From Actinomycetota bacterium (lineage in GTDB: Bacteria; Actinomycetota; Acidimicrobiia; Acidimicrobiales; JAJPHE01), in NCBI GenBank assembly GCA_027315345.1, contig DAHUYE010000082.1, forward strand, positions 39,919 to 103,918: a DNA stretch of 64,000 nucleotides. The letters run 5' to 3'. Below, one piece after another: positions 53,530-61,970 of this stretch (the first letter of the stretch is position 1; every line of letters starts with the position of its first letter). The notes beneath the pieces were generated by a model, which had not been told where the DNA came from, searched no databases, and was given only the letters and a program-made list of their open reading frames with translations. Made by a program: the position numbers and the translations under genes.

Positions 53530-54297
53530 ATGAGCGAAGTCGTCAAAGCCCTCCGGTCCTCCGTCACCCGCCTCCATGAAATCGTGTCCAAGATGGACGA
53601 CTCCGCCCTGGTGGCGCCGTCCTACGACACGGAGTGGACCAACGCCGACGTCCTGTCCCACATCGGGTCGGGGGCGGTCATCATGGCCCGGCGCCTGGAG
53701 GACACCGCCGCCGGCCGGGAGACACCCGAGGACTTCAACCAGGGTGTCTGGGACGAGTGGAACGCCAAGTCCCCTCGGGAGCAGGCCGACACCCTGCTCG
53801 TAACCGACGCCCGCATGCTGGAGATAGCCGAGGGGATGAGCGAGGACGAGCGGGGCCGGGTCCATGTCTCCATGGGCCCCATGGCGTTGGACTTCGACTC
53901 CTTCGTCGGCCTGCGCCTCAACGAGCACGCCCTCCACACCTGGGACGTCGAGGTGATGGGCGACGCTTCCCTCGGCCTGACCGACGTGGTGGCGGCCCAG
54001 ATGATCGACCGGCTGGAGATGATCGCCCGCTGGACGGCCAAGCCCACCGGCTCCGAGCGGGTCATCACCGTGCGGACCACCGGGCCGGAGCGTCTCTTCA
54101 CCATCACTTTGTCCGCTGACCGGGTCGACTTCGCCCCCGGGGCCGTGGACGGTGCGGCCGACGCGGCCGACCTCGAGCTTCCGGCCGAGGCCTTCGTACG
54201 CCTGGTCTACGGGCGCCTCGACCCGGACCACACCCCGGCCTTCAAGGGTTCCGAGGACCTGCTGGCCGAGCTGCGCCAGGTGTACCCCGGCCCCTGA
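53530..54297 (+). CDS. DinB/maleylpyruvate isomerase N-terminal domain (mycothiol-dependent enzyme family) protein
   Basis: EWTNADVLSHIGSGAVIM and LNEHALHTWDV; 255 aa. Family recognised from memory of TIGR03083-like proteins. Confidence 0.65.
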   Translation: MSEVVKALRSSVTRLHEIVSKMDDSALVAPSYDTEWTNADVLSHIGSGAVIMARRLEDTAAGRETPEDFNQGVWDEWNAKSPREQADTLLVTDARMLEIAEGMSEDERGRVHVSMGPMALDFDSFVGLRLNEHALHTWDVEVMGDASLGLTDVVAAQMIDRLEMIARWTAKPTGSERVITVRTTGPERLFTITLSADRVDFAPGAVDGAADAADLELPAEAFVRLVYGRLDPDHTPAFKGSEDLLAELRQVYPGP

Positions 54298-54312
54298 CCC
54301 GCGGCCTGCATC

Positions 54313-54342
54313 GGGTCGGCATTACCGGGTCGTCATTACCGG
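54313..54342. repeat. Tandem direct repeat GGGTCG(G/T)CATTACCGG x2 (14-bp period) in convergent spacer
   Basis: gggtcggcattaccgg at 54313-54328 and gggtcgtcattaccgg at 54327-54342. One mismatch. The second copy covers the TAA stop of the fused ACAD. Confidence 0.85.
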
Positions 54343-56624
54343 CCGGGCGGCTCCGGGTCCCGGGGTAGTCCCAACAGGCGCTCGGCTATGACGTTGCGCT
54401 GTATCTCGCTCGTGCCACCGGCGATGGTCAGGCACCGGTTGGCCAGAAAGCCGTAGCTCCACTGGGCGCCGGCCCCATCGGTGGCGGCGCCGTCCGCCCC
54501 CAGCAGGGCCAGGCCCATCTCCTGGGTCCGCTGGTCGTGTTCGGCCGAGAGGAGCTTGCGGACGCTCGCCTCCGGGCCCGGTTCGGCTCCGCCCAGGGCC
54601 CGGCTGGCCGACCGCTGGCCGAGCACGGCCACGGTGTGGGCCTCGGCCACCAGGGCTCCGACGGCGTCGGCGGTGACCGGGTCGAGCCGGCCCGGACCGG
54701 GATCGGTGGCGCCGACGCCCGTGGCGCCGGCCCCCGGCCCCGGCTGGGCCACCAGGGCGAGCAGTCCCTCCAGGCCCCCTCCGAAAGAAGCCCCCGAGCC
54801 CATGGCCACCCGCTCGTTGGCCAGGGTGGTGCGGGCCAGTCCCCAGCCCCGGTTGACGCCTCCGACCACGCAGTCCTCGGGGATGAACACGTCATCCAGG
54901 AAGACCTCGTTGAACAGGGCCAGGCCGGTCATCTCCCGCAGGGGCCGGACGTCGATGCCCGGGCTCTTCATGTCCAGGGCGAACCAGGTGATGCCGGCGT
55001 GACGGTCGGCGTCGGGATCGGTGCGGGCCAGGAGCATCCCCCAGTCCGCCTCGGCCGCCATCGAGGTCCACACCTTCTGGCCGTTCACCACCCAGCCCCC
55101 CTCGGCCGGCTCGGCCCGGGTGGAGAGGGCGGCCAGGTCCGAACCCGCCCCCGGTTCGGAGAAGAGCTGACACCAGTTGATCTCGCCCATCAGGGTGGGC
55201 CGGACCCAGCGCTCCTGCTGCTCCGGCGTGCCGTGGACGACGATGGTCGGGGCGGCCCAGGCGCCGATGTTCAGGCCGGGCCGGCGGATGTGGACCCGGG
55301 ACAGTTCCTCATCGATGACCAGCTGTTCGGCCGCTCCCGCCCCGATGCCCCAAGGGGCGGGCCAGTGGGGGACCAGATAACCCTTCTCCACCAGCCGGGC
55401 CCGGCGCTCAGGGCGGGGCAGGGCCGCAATCGCCTCCGATTCGGCCCGAACCTCCTCCCGGAACCTCTCCGAGTCGGGGGGCAGGTCGAGGGAGAGGTGG
55501 CGGCGGACACCCTCCACGGCGGCGGCGGCGGCCCGGGCCCGCCAGGGGGTGGGTCCCCCCATGAGGGCCCGCAGCGAGGCGGCCCGGCGCAGGTACCGGT
55601 GGGCATCGTGTTCCCAGGTGAAGCCGATCCCGCCGAGGACCTGGATGCAGTCCTTGGCCACCCGGAAGAACGCCTCCGGTGCCACCGCCCCGGCGATATC
55701 GGCGGACAGGCGGGCCTCCTCGCCGATGGCGTCCCGGGCGCCTCCGGCCCCGCCGGTCAGGGCCCGGTCCAGGGCGCCGGCCGCCTCCCAGGCCACCGCC
55801 CGGGCCGACTCGGTCGCCACCAGCATGTCGGCGCAGCGGTGCTTGACGCCCTGGAACTGGCCGATGGGGCGGCCGAACTGCTGGCGTACCCGGGCCCAGT
55901 CGGCGGCGGTGTCGACGCACCAGCCCGCCCCCCCGGCGGCGTCCGCCGCCACCAGGACAGCCAGATAGGCCTGCACCACGGCGTCGGACAGGCCCACCAG
56001 CTGGGCCTCGGGGTCCACCCGAATCCCCTGGGCGGTCACCTCGGCGCCCCGGCGGGTCAGGTCCAGGCTGGGTAGTTCGGCCGCCCGGAGGCCCCCGGCC
56101 GGGAGTGCGCACCAGACCCGGCCCGATGGGGTGTCGACCGGCGCCACCAACCACGAGGCCAGGGCCCCGCCCATGACCGGGCGGAGCGTCCCGGACACCA
56201 TCAGACGGCCGTCGGGGCCGGGCTCAGGGGCGGCGAAGGCACCGTTGGCGGGGAAGGCCACCGCCCCCGCCTGGCCCGACATCAGGGCAGGCAGAACCGA
56301 GGCCGACAGGGCGGCGGGGCCGCCCAGGGCGATCAGCCCGGCTGCGGCCATGGTCGCCAGGAAGGGCCCGGGCGCACCGGCCCGACCCAGCTCCTCCAGG
56401 ACGACGGCGGCCTCGGCCAGCCCGAAGCCGCCGCCGTGCGCCTCGGGGAGGTGCAGGCCGAGCCAGCCCAGACCGGCCAGCTCCTCCCAGAAGACGGGCA
56501 GGGCCTCCGCCTCGGTCTCATCCTCCAGGCCGGCCCGGGCCACCGACGGCGGGCAGCGGCTGTCCAGGAAGCGCCGGACAGCCCGGCCCAGTTCCACGTG
56601 TTCGGCGCGGATGGCGATGGTCAC
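54336..56624 (-). CDS. Fused two-module acyl-CoA dehydrogenase (beta-type N-half + alpha-type C-half)
   Basis: N-half: HVELGRAVRRFLD and VLGGIGFTWEHDAHRYLRR. C-half: NWCQLFSEPGAGSDLAA, VNGQKVWTSMA, IAGGTSEIQRNVIAE. GTG 56624 overlaps the kinase stop (GTGA). Confidence 0.8.
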   Translation of the reverse strand: MTIAIRAEHVELGRAVRRFLDSRCPPSVARAGLEDETEAEALPVFWEELAGLGWLGLHLPEAHGGGFGLAEAAVVLEELGRAGAPGPFLATMAAAGLIALGGPAALSASVLPALMSGQAGAVAFPANGAFAAPEPGPDGRLMVSGTLRPVMGGALASWLVAPVDTPSGRVWCALPAGGLRAAELPSLDLTRRGAEVTAQGIRVDPEAQLVGLSDAVVQAYLAVLVAADAAGGAGWCVDTAADWARVRQQFGRPIGQFQGVKHRCADMLVATESARAVAWEAAGALDRALTGGAGGARDAIGEEARLSADIAGAVAPEAFFRVAKDCIQVLGGIGFTWEHDAHRYLRRAASLRALMGGPTPWRARAAAAAVEGVRRHLSLDLPPDSERFREEVRAESEAIAALPRPERRARLVEKGYLVPHWPAPWGIGAGAAEQLVIDEELSRVHIRRPGLNIGAWAAPTIVVHGTPEQQERWVRPTLMGEINWCQLFSEPGAGSDLAALSTRAEPAEGGWVVNGQKVWTSMAAEADWGMLLARTDPDADRHAGITWFALDMKSPGIDVRPLREMTGLALFNEVFLDDVFIPEDCVVGGVNRGWGLARTTLANERVAMGSGASFGGGLEGLLALVAQPGPGAGATGVGATDPGPGRLDPVTADAVGALVAEAHTVAVLGQRSASRALGGAEPGPEASVRKLLSAEHDQRTQEMGLALLGADGAATDGAGAQWSYGFLANRCLTIAGGTSEIQRNVIAERLLGLPRDPEPPGR

Positions 56625-57958
56625 AGGGCAGACCGTTCCACAAAGCGTCGAAAGCGCTCGGCTGAAGCCCGCACTCCGGCGCCGTCCGGCTCCACCACGT
56701 GGCCGGCGGCCACCCAACGGGCCGCCTCGTTCAGATCCGAGTCGGCCCCGACGGCCAGGCGGGCCATGAAGGCCGCCCCCAGGGCGGCGGTCTCGGGTAC
56801 GGCGCTGACATGGACGGGCACGGCGTTGGTGTCGGCCAGGGCCTGCATCCAGCCGGCCACCCGGGTGCCTCCTCCGGTGGCCACCAGCCGGCGGGGGGTG
56901 ACCCCGGCCCGCTCGACCAGCTGGCGGACCACGAACCCGGATGCCTCCCAGGCCGCCCGTTGCAGGGCGGCCGGGCCATGGGTGAGATCCAGGCCGTGCA
57001 GCGACGCCCGTAAGGACGGGTCGTGGTGGGGGACCCGCTCACCCCGGATGTAGGGCACCCAGACCGGCAGGTTGGCCACGTCGAATCCGGCCCCGGGCCG
57101 GGCCCGGCCCACCGTCCGGCCGACCCAGTCGAGGAACAGGCCACCGGCGTTGCTGGCCCCGCCGGCCAGCATGGTCTTCATGTCGGGATGGGGGATGGTC
57201 CACAGGCCGGGGACCTCCTTCCACTCCGGCAGGACGGCCCAGACGATCAGGGTGGTCCCGCAGATGACGTGGACATCACCGGGTTGGATGGCGCCGGCCA
57301 CCAACTGCTCGCACAGGCCGTCCACCGAGCCGGTGGCGATGACCGGACCGGTCCGGTCGACCCGGCCGATGGGGGCGCCGGGCGCCTCCACCCCGGGCAT
57401 CTGCTCGGGCCGGGCCCCGCAGGTGGCCCCCACCGCCGCGTCCCAGCCGTCGGCTCCGAACATCGGAGAGGCGGTAAAGGCCACTCCGTAGTCCACCACC
57501 GCCTCTCCCCCCAGGGCCCGGCTGGCCACGGCCGTGGCCGGCCAGTACCCGTGGGCATCGGGGGCGGCCCCGGACATCCACCGCAGCATGGGCACGATCG
57601 ACCCGTCGCCCCCCGGGCCCAGATGGGCCAGTTCGGTCATGCCCCGGCTGTCCCCGTAGAGGAGGCCGGGGGCGATGGCCCGCCCGGCCCGGTCCACGGC
57701 GGTGAGGGACGGCACCATGGAACAGACGGCTACGGCGTCGATGTGGGCCGGCACCAGACCGGCCAGGGCCCGGCGCGGACCCCGGCGCCAGGCCTGGTTG
57801 GCGTCGTGCTCGAGGCGGTCCGGCTCCGGGACGACCACCCGGTGGGGAACCCGGGCCCGGGCCACCACCCGCCCGTCGTCGTCCACGGCCACGGCCTTGA
57901 CCGAGGTGGTGCCGATGTCGACCCCGGCGGTGACCGTCACGGTCCCGTCCCCGAACAT
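56621..57958 (-). CDS. FGGY-family carbohydrate kinase
   Basis: AGVDIGTTSVKAVAVDDDGRVVA N-terminus; C-terminal ATGGGTRVAGWMQALADTNAVPV. ATG 57958 chosen. The longer ORF-track start would overlap the divergent gene. Confidence 0.75.
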   Translation of the reverse strand: MFGDGTVTVTAGVDIGTTSVKAVAVDDDGRVVARARVPHRVVVPEPDRLEHDANQAWRRGPRRALAGLVPAHIDAVAVCSMVPSLTAVDRAGRAIAPGLLYGDSRGMTELAHLGPGGDGSIVPMLRWMSGAAPDAHGYWPATAVASRALGGEAVVDYGVAFTASPMFGADGWDAAVGATCGARPEQMPGVEAPGAPIGRVDRTGPVIATGSVDGLCEQLVAGAIQPGDVHVICGTTLIVWAVLPEWKEVPGLWTIPHPDMKTMLAGGASNAGGLFLDWVGRTVGRARPGAGFDVANLPVWVPYIRGERVPHHDPSLRASLHGLDLTHGPAALQRAAWEASGFVVRQLVERAGVTPRRLVATGGGTRVAGWMQALADTNAVPVHVSAVPETAALGAAFMARLAVGADSDLNEAARWVAAGHVVEPDGAGVRASAERFRRFVERSAL

Positions 57959-57983
57959 GACACGAGCGTCACAGTAGGCCATC

Positions 57984-58982
57984 ATGTCCGCGGTGAACCC
58001 CCCGGCAAAACCCCGTGCGTTCATCACCGCGCCGCTGCGGGGGGAGGGGATGGAACGCATCCAGCGACTGCTCGACGTGGTGGCCTACGAGCCCTGGATC
58101 GACCAGCAGCCCCTGCGCATGTACTCCTCCGCCGACCTGGCCGAGCGCATCCGGGCCGAGCGGGCCGAGGTGGTCATAGTCGAGTCGGATTCCTGCAAGG
58201 GCCCGGTGTTCGAGCTGGACCCGCCCCTGCGTCTTCTGGCCGTGACCAGAGGGGACCCCAACAACGTCGACCTGGCCGCCGCCACCGCCGCTGGGGTGCC
58301 CGTGGTGCACTGCCCGGGCCGCAACGCCGACGCCGTGGCCGAGATCGGCGTGGCCCTGCTCTTCGCCGTGGCCCGTCACGTGGTGCGGGCCGATGACGAG
58401 GTGCGGGCCGGGGAGACCTACAAGGGCGGGACCATCCCTTACCAGCGCTTCCGGGCCTGGGAGCTGGCCGGGCGGACCGCCGGACTGGTCGGACTGGGGG
58501 CGGTGGCCCGGGCCCTGCGCTGGCGTCTCCAGGGACTGGGCATGAACGTCATCGCCTATGACCCCTACAACTCCGAGGCCGATGTCTCCTTGGACGAGCT
58601 GCTGACCCGTTCCGATGTGGTCTCCATGCACGCCCCGGTCACCGAGGAGACCAGAGGGATGATCGGCGCCGGTCAGTTCGCCCGGATGAAGGAAGGCGTG
58701 TTGTTCATCAACACCGCCCGCGCCGATCTGCACGACACCGATGCGCTGGTCGAAGCCCTGCGATCCGGGCAGGTCGGCGGAGCCGGGGTGGATCACTTCG
58801 TGGGGGAGAACCTGGCCGCCGACCATCCCCTGTGTTCGATGGGCAACGTCGTGCTCACGCCGCACATCGGCGGAGCGACCTACGACACCGAGGCCCGTCA
58901 GGCCACCATGGTGGCCGATGACCTGGAGAAGATCCTGGCCGGGGACAAGCCGAGCTATCTAGCCAACCCGGAGGTGCTGTGA
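57984..58982 (+). CDS. D-isomer-specific 2-hydroxyacid dehydrogenase family protein
   Basis: AGLVGLGAVARAL (NAD GxGxxG), FINTARADL, VLTPHIGGAT. Confidence 0.85.
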   Translation: MSAVNPPAKPRAFITAPLRGEGMERIQRLLDVVAYEPWIDQQPLRMYSSADLAERIRAERAEVVIVESDSCKGPVFELDPPLRLLAVTRGDPNNVDLAAATAAGVPVVHCPGRNADAVAEIGVALLFAVARHVVRADDEVRAGETYKGGTIPYQRFRAWELAGRTAGLVGLGAVARALRWRLQGLGMNVIAYDPYNSEADVSLDELLTRSDVVSMHAPVTEETRGMIGAGQFARMKEGVLFINTARADLHDTDALVEALRSGQVGGAGVDHFVGENLAADHPLCSMGNVVLTPHIGGATYDTEARQATMVADDLEKILAGDKPSYLANPEVL

Positions 58983-59629
58983 AATTCGTAGAGGACGCCC
59001 CCGCCGCCGTCCTGGCCGCGGCCAAGGACATGCTCCACCGCGGCCTGGTGGAGGGAACGGCGGGCAACATCTCCGCCCGCCAGGAGGACGGCACCGTCGT
59101 CATCACGCCTTCGTCGGTCTCCTACGAGGAGATGGCCCTGGACGACCTGGTGGTCATCGACCTGGACGGGGACGCCATCTCGGCCAAGGAAGGCCGTTCG
59201 GCCTCTTCGGAGAAGCTGCTGCACACCGCCTGTTACCGGGCCTTCGACGACATCGCCTCGGTCATCCACTCTCATCCGGTGTACGCCACCATGTTTGCCG
59301 TGTCCCATCAGGACATTCCGGCCTGCATCGATGAGTTCTCCATCTACGTGGGCGGGGATGTGCGTTGCTCGGCCTACGCCGCCAGCGGAAGTCAGGACGT
59401 GGGGGACGAGGCGGTCAAGGCCCTGCAGGGCCGGGGGGCCGCCCTCATCGCCAATCACGGACTGGTGGCCGTCGGCCCCCGTCCCTCCACCGTCCTGCAC
59501 ATCACCGCCCTGGTGGAGCGCAGCGCCCAGATCGTGTGGGGGGCCCGGGCTCTGGGTGAGCCGGTGCCCCTGCCGGAGAAGGTGAACCAGGGCTTCGCCT
59601 CGATCTACGAGATCATGCGGACCATCTGA
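58979..59629 (+). CDS. Class II aldolase/adducin family protein
   Basis: GTAGNISAR, SVIHSHPVYAT, LIANHGLVAVG. GTGA overlap with the dehydrogenase. Confidence 0.85.
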   Translation: MKFVEDAPAAVLAAAKDMLHRGLVEGTAGNISARQEDGTVVITPSSVSYEEMALDDLVVIDLDGDAISAKEGRSASSEKLLHTACYRAFDDIASVIHSHPVYATMFAVSHQDIPACIDEFSIYVGGDVRCSAYAASGSQDVGDEAVKALQGRGAALIANHGLVAVGPRPSTVLHITALVERSAQIVWGARALGEPVPLPEKVNQGFASIYEIMRTI

Positions 59630-60438
59630 TGCCCATCCGCTACGAGTTGGGCGAGGATCACGTAGCGGTGATCACCATCGACCGGCCCGAGGCTCGCAAC
59701 GCCCTCGATCTGTACCACTTCCGGGACCTGGCCAACGCCTGGAGGACCTTCCGCGATGACACCGGAGCCTGGGTGGCGATCATCACCGGGGTCGAGCGCA
59801 ACTTCATGTCCGGCGCCGACCTCAAGACCTACATCCCCCAGATCACCAACCTGCAGAAGGAGATCTCCAAGGGGGAGCTAACCGAGGTGGACGGCTGTCA
59901 GCTGCGCGACGGCACCGACGCCGTGTTGCGCAGCCTGCGCATTTACAAGCCGATCATCGCGGCCGTGAACGGGCCGTGTGTGGCCGGTGGGATGGAGATG
60001 CTGGGCGGGGTGGACATCCGCATCGCCACTCCCAACGCCAGTTTCGGGGTGATGGAACCCAAGCGGGGCCTCTTCGCCGGGGGCGGCACCACCGCCCGGC
60101 TGCCCCGTCAGCTGGCTTTCCCGGCCGCCATGGAGTTCCTGCTGACCGCTGAGGCCTTCCCGGCCGAGCGGGCCCTCGCCCTCGGGCTGCTCAACGAGAT
60201 GGTGGCCGAGGAGGAGTTGATGACCACGGCCCGGCGCTGGGCGGCCCGGATCACCGCCAACGCCCCGCTGGCCGTGCAGGCCACCAAGGAGAGCGTGCTG
60301 CGGGGAATGGCCGTGGATCTCAAGGAGGCCTTCCAGATCGAGAACGAACTGGCCGGCCGCATCTTTTCCAGCGAGGACGCCAAGGAGGGTCCGGCCGCCT
60401 TTGCCGAGAAGCGGCCGCCGGTCTGGACCGGTCGCTGA
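59629..60438 (+). CDS. Enoyl-CoA hydratase/isomerase family protein
   Basis: VAVITIDRPEARNAL, IIAAVNGPCVAGGMEMLGGVDIRIA, FAEKRPPVW. The ATG overlaps the aldolase TGA (TGATG). Confidence 0.85.
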   Translation: MPIRYELGEDHVAVITIDRPEARNALDLYHFRDLANAWRTFRDDTGAWVAIITGVERNFMSGADLKTYIPQITNLQKEISKGELTEVDGCQLRDGTDAVLRSLRIYKPIIAAVNGPCVAGGMEMLGGVDIRIATPNASFGVMEPKRGLFAGGGTTARLPRQLAFPAAMEFLLTAEAFPAERALALGLLNEMVAEEELMTTARRWAARITANAPLAVQATKESVLRGMAVDLKEAFQIENELAGRIFSSEDAKEGPAAFAEKRPPVWTGR

Positions 60439-60441
60439 GCC

Positions 60442-61968
60442 GTGACTGAGGCCCGGGCCGCCTGCATCATCGGCGCCGCCCAACTGACGGTCCGCCCCGG
60501 GGCCGGGGACGCCCCCGAGCCTCTAGCCCTGTGGGCGGACGTGGCCCGCCGGGCCGCCGCCGACTCGGGGGCCACCGCCGACCGGGTGCTGGCCGGCCTG
60601 GAGAGCATCGACGTCCTGTACTGCCAGTCCTGGCCCTATGACGATCCGCCCGGGCGCCTGGCCGAGGCCCTGGGAGTCACGCCGGCCCGGCCGCGGTACT
60701 CGGGCATCGGCGGGACCACGCCCCACCTGCTGCTGGACGGTGCGGCCGCCGCCATCGTCCGGGGCGAGATGGATCTGGGCCTGGTGGTGGGGGCGGAGGC
60801 GCTGGACACGGTGCGGCGGGCCAAGAAGGAGGAGCGGCGGTTGGAGTGGTCACACCGCGACCCCCAGCGCAAGCCGTTCCCGTTCGAAGCACCCTTCCAT
60901 CCGGCCGAGGTGGCCCATGAGGTGTTTCAGGCCTGGCTGACCTTCGCCGTCTTCGACATCGCCCGGCGCGCCCATCTCGGCGCCGAGCCGGAGGAGCACC
61001 GGCGCCGGTTGGGCCGGCTGCTGGCCCCCATGACCGAGGTGGCAGCCCGCAACCCCTACGCCTGGTTTCCGGCCCGGCGCATCCCCGAGGAGCTGATCGA
61101 GCCCAGCCCGGACAACCGCATGGTTGGCTACCCGTACACCAAGTACATGGTGGCGGTCATGGACGTCGACATGGCGGCCGGCCTGGTGGTGGCCTCGGAG
61201 GAGAAGGCCGACGCCCTGGGCGTCCCGCCCGAACGACGCGTCTACCTGCGGGGCAGCGCCTACGCCGAGGACGCCACCTACGTGGCCGAGCACGATCCGA
61301 TGTGGTCCTCACCGGCCATGGCCTCGGCTTCGGCGGCAGCGCTGGACACGGCCGGGGTCGGGATCGACGATGTCGCCCACCTGGATCTCTACAGCTGCTT
61401 CGCCAGTTCGGTCTCCTTCGCCTGTGATGCCCTGGGCGTGGCCCCGGACGACAGCCGGGCCCTCACCGTCACCGGTGGTCTGCCCTTCGCCGGCGGACCG
61501 GGTAGCGGCTACATGCTGCACAGCGCGGCGGCCATGGTGGATGTGCTGCGGGCCGATCCGGGGTCGTGCGGCCTGGTCAGCGGGGTCGGTATGCACATGA
61601 CCAAGCACGCCTTCGGGGTCTGGTCCAGCCGGCCTCCGACGGCCGAAGGCGTGGCCCGTCTGCGGACCGGGGCGATCGAGGCCGGCGCCGGCCCGGGCGC
61701 CGGTGCGGGCACTGGTCCCGACGCCGGCATCGTTCCCATCACCGACACCTACACCGGCCCGGCCACGGTGGCGGCCTATTCGGTCGTGCACGGCCGGGAC
61801 GGCCAGCCGGCCTGGGGGTTGGCCGTGTGCGATCTGCCCGGAGGAACCAGGGCCTACGCCCGGATGGAGGGCGATGCGCTTCTGGCCGAGGCGATCAAGA
61901 CGGAGTGGGTCGGGGCCGCCATCGAGATACAGACCGGTGAGGACAAAGTGAACCGGGTCAGGAGCTGA
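60442..61968 (+). CDS. Thiolase-like protein with extra C-terminal domain (TLP-type), nucleophile Cys apparently absent
   Basis: ACIIGAAQLT, GIGGTTPHLLLDGAAAAIVRGEMDLGLVVGAEAL, LDLYSCFASSVSFACDALG, GGLPFAGGPGSGYMLHS. 508 aa. Confidence 0.7.
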   Translation: MTEARAACIIGAAQLTVRPGAGDAPEPLALWADVARRAAADSGATADRVLAGLESIDVLYCQSWPYDDPPGRLAEALGVTPARPRYSGIGGTTPHLLLDGAAAAIVRGEMDLGLVVGAEALDTVRRAKKEERRLEWSHRDPQRKPFPFEAPFHPAEVAHEVFQAWLTFAVFDIARRAHLGAEPEEHRRRLGRLLAPMTEVAARNPYAWFPARRIPEELIEPSPDNRMVGYPYTKYMVAVMDVDMAAGLVVASEEKADALGVPPERRVYLRGSAYAEDATYVAEHDPMWSSPAMASASAAALDTAGVGIDDVAHLDLYSCFASSVSFACDALGVAPDDSRALTVTGGLPFAGGPGSGYMLHSAAAMVDVLRADPGSCGLVSGVGMHMTKHAFGVWSSRPPTAEGVARLRTGAIEAGAGPGAGAGTGPDAGIVPITDTYTGPATVAAYSVVHGRDGQPAWGLAVCDLPGGTRAYARMEGDALLAEAIKTEWVGAAIEIQTGEDKVNRVRS

Positions 61969-61970
61969 AT

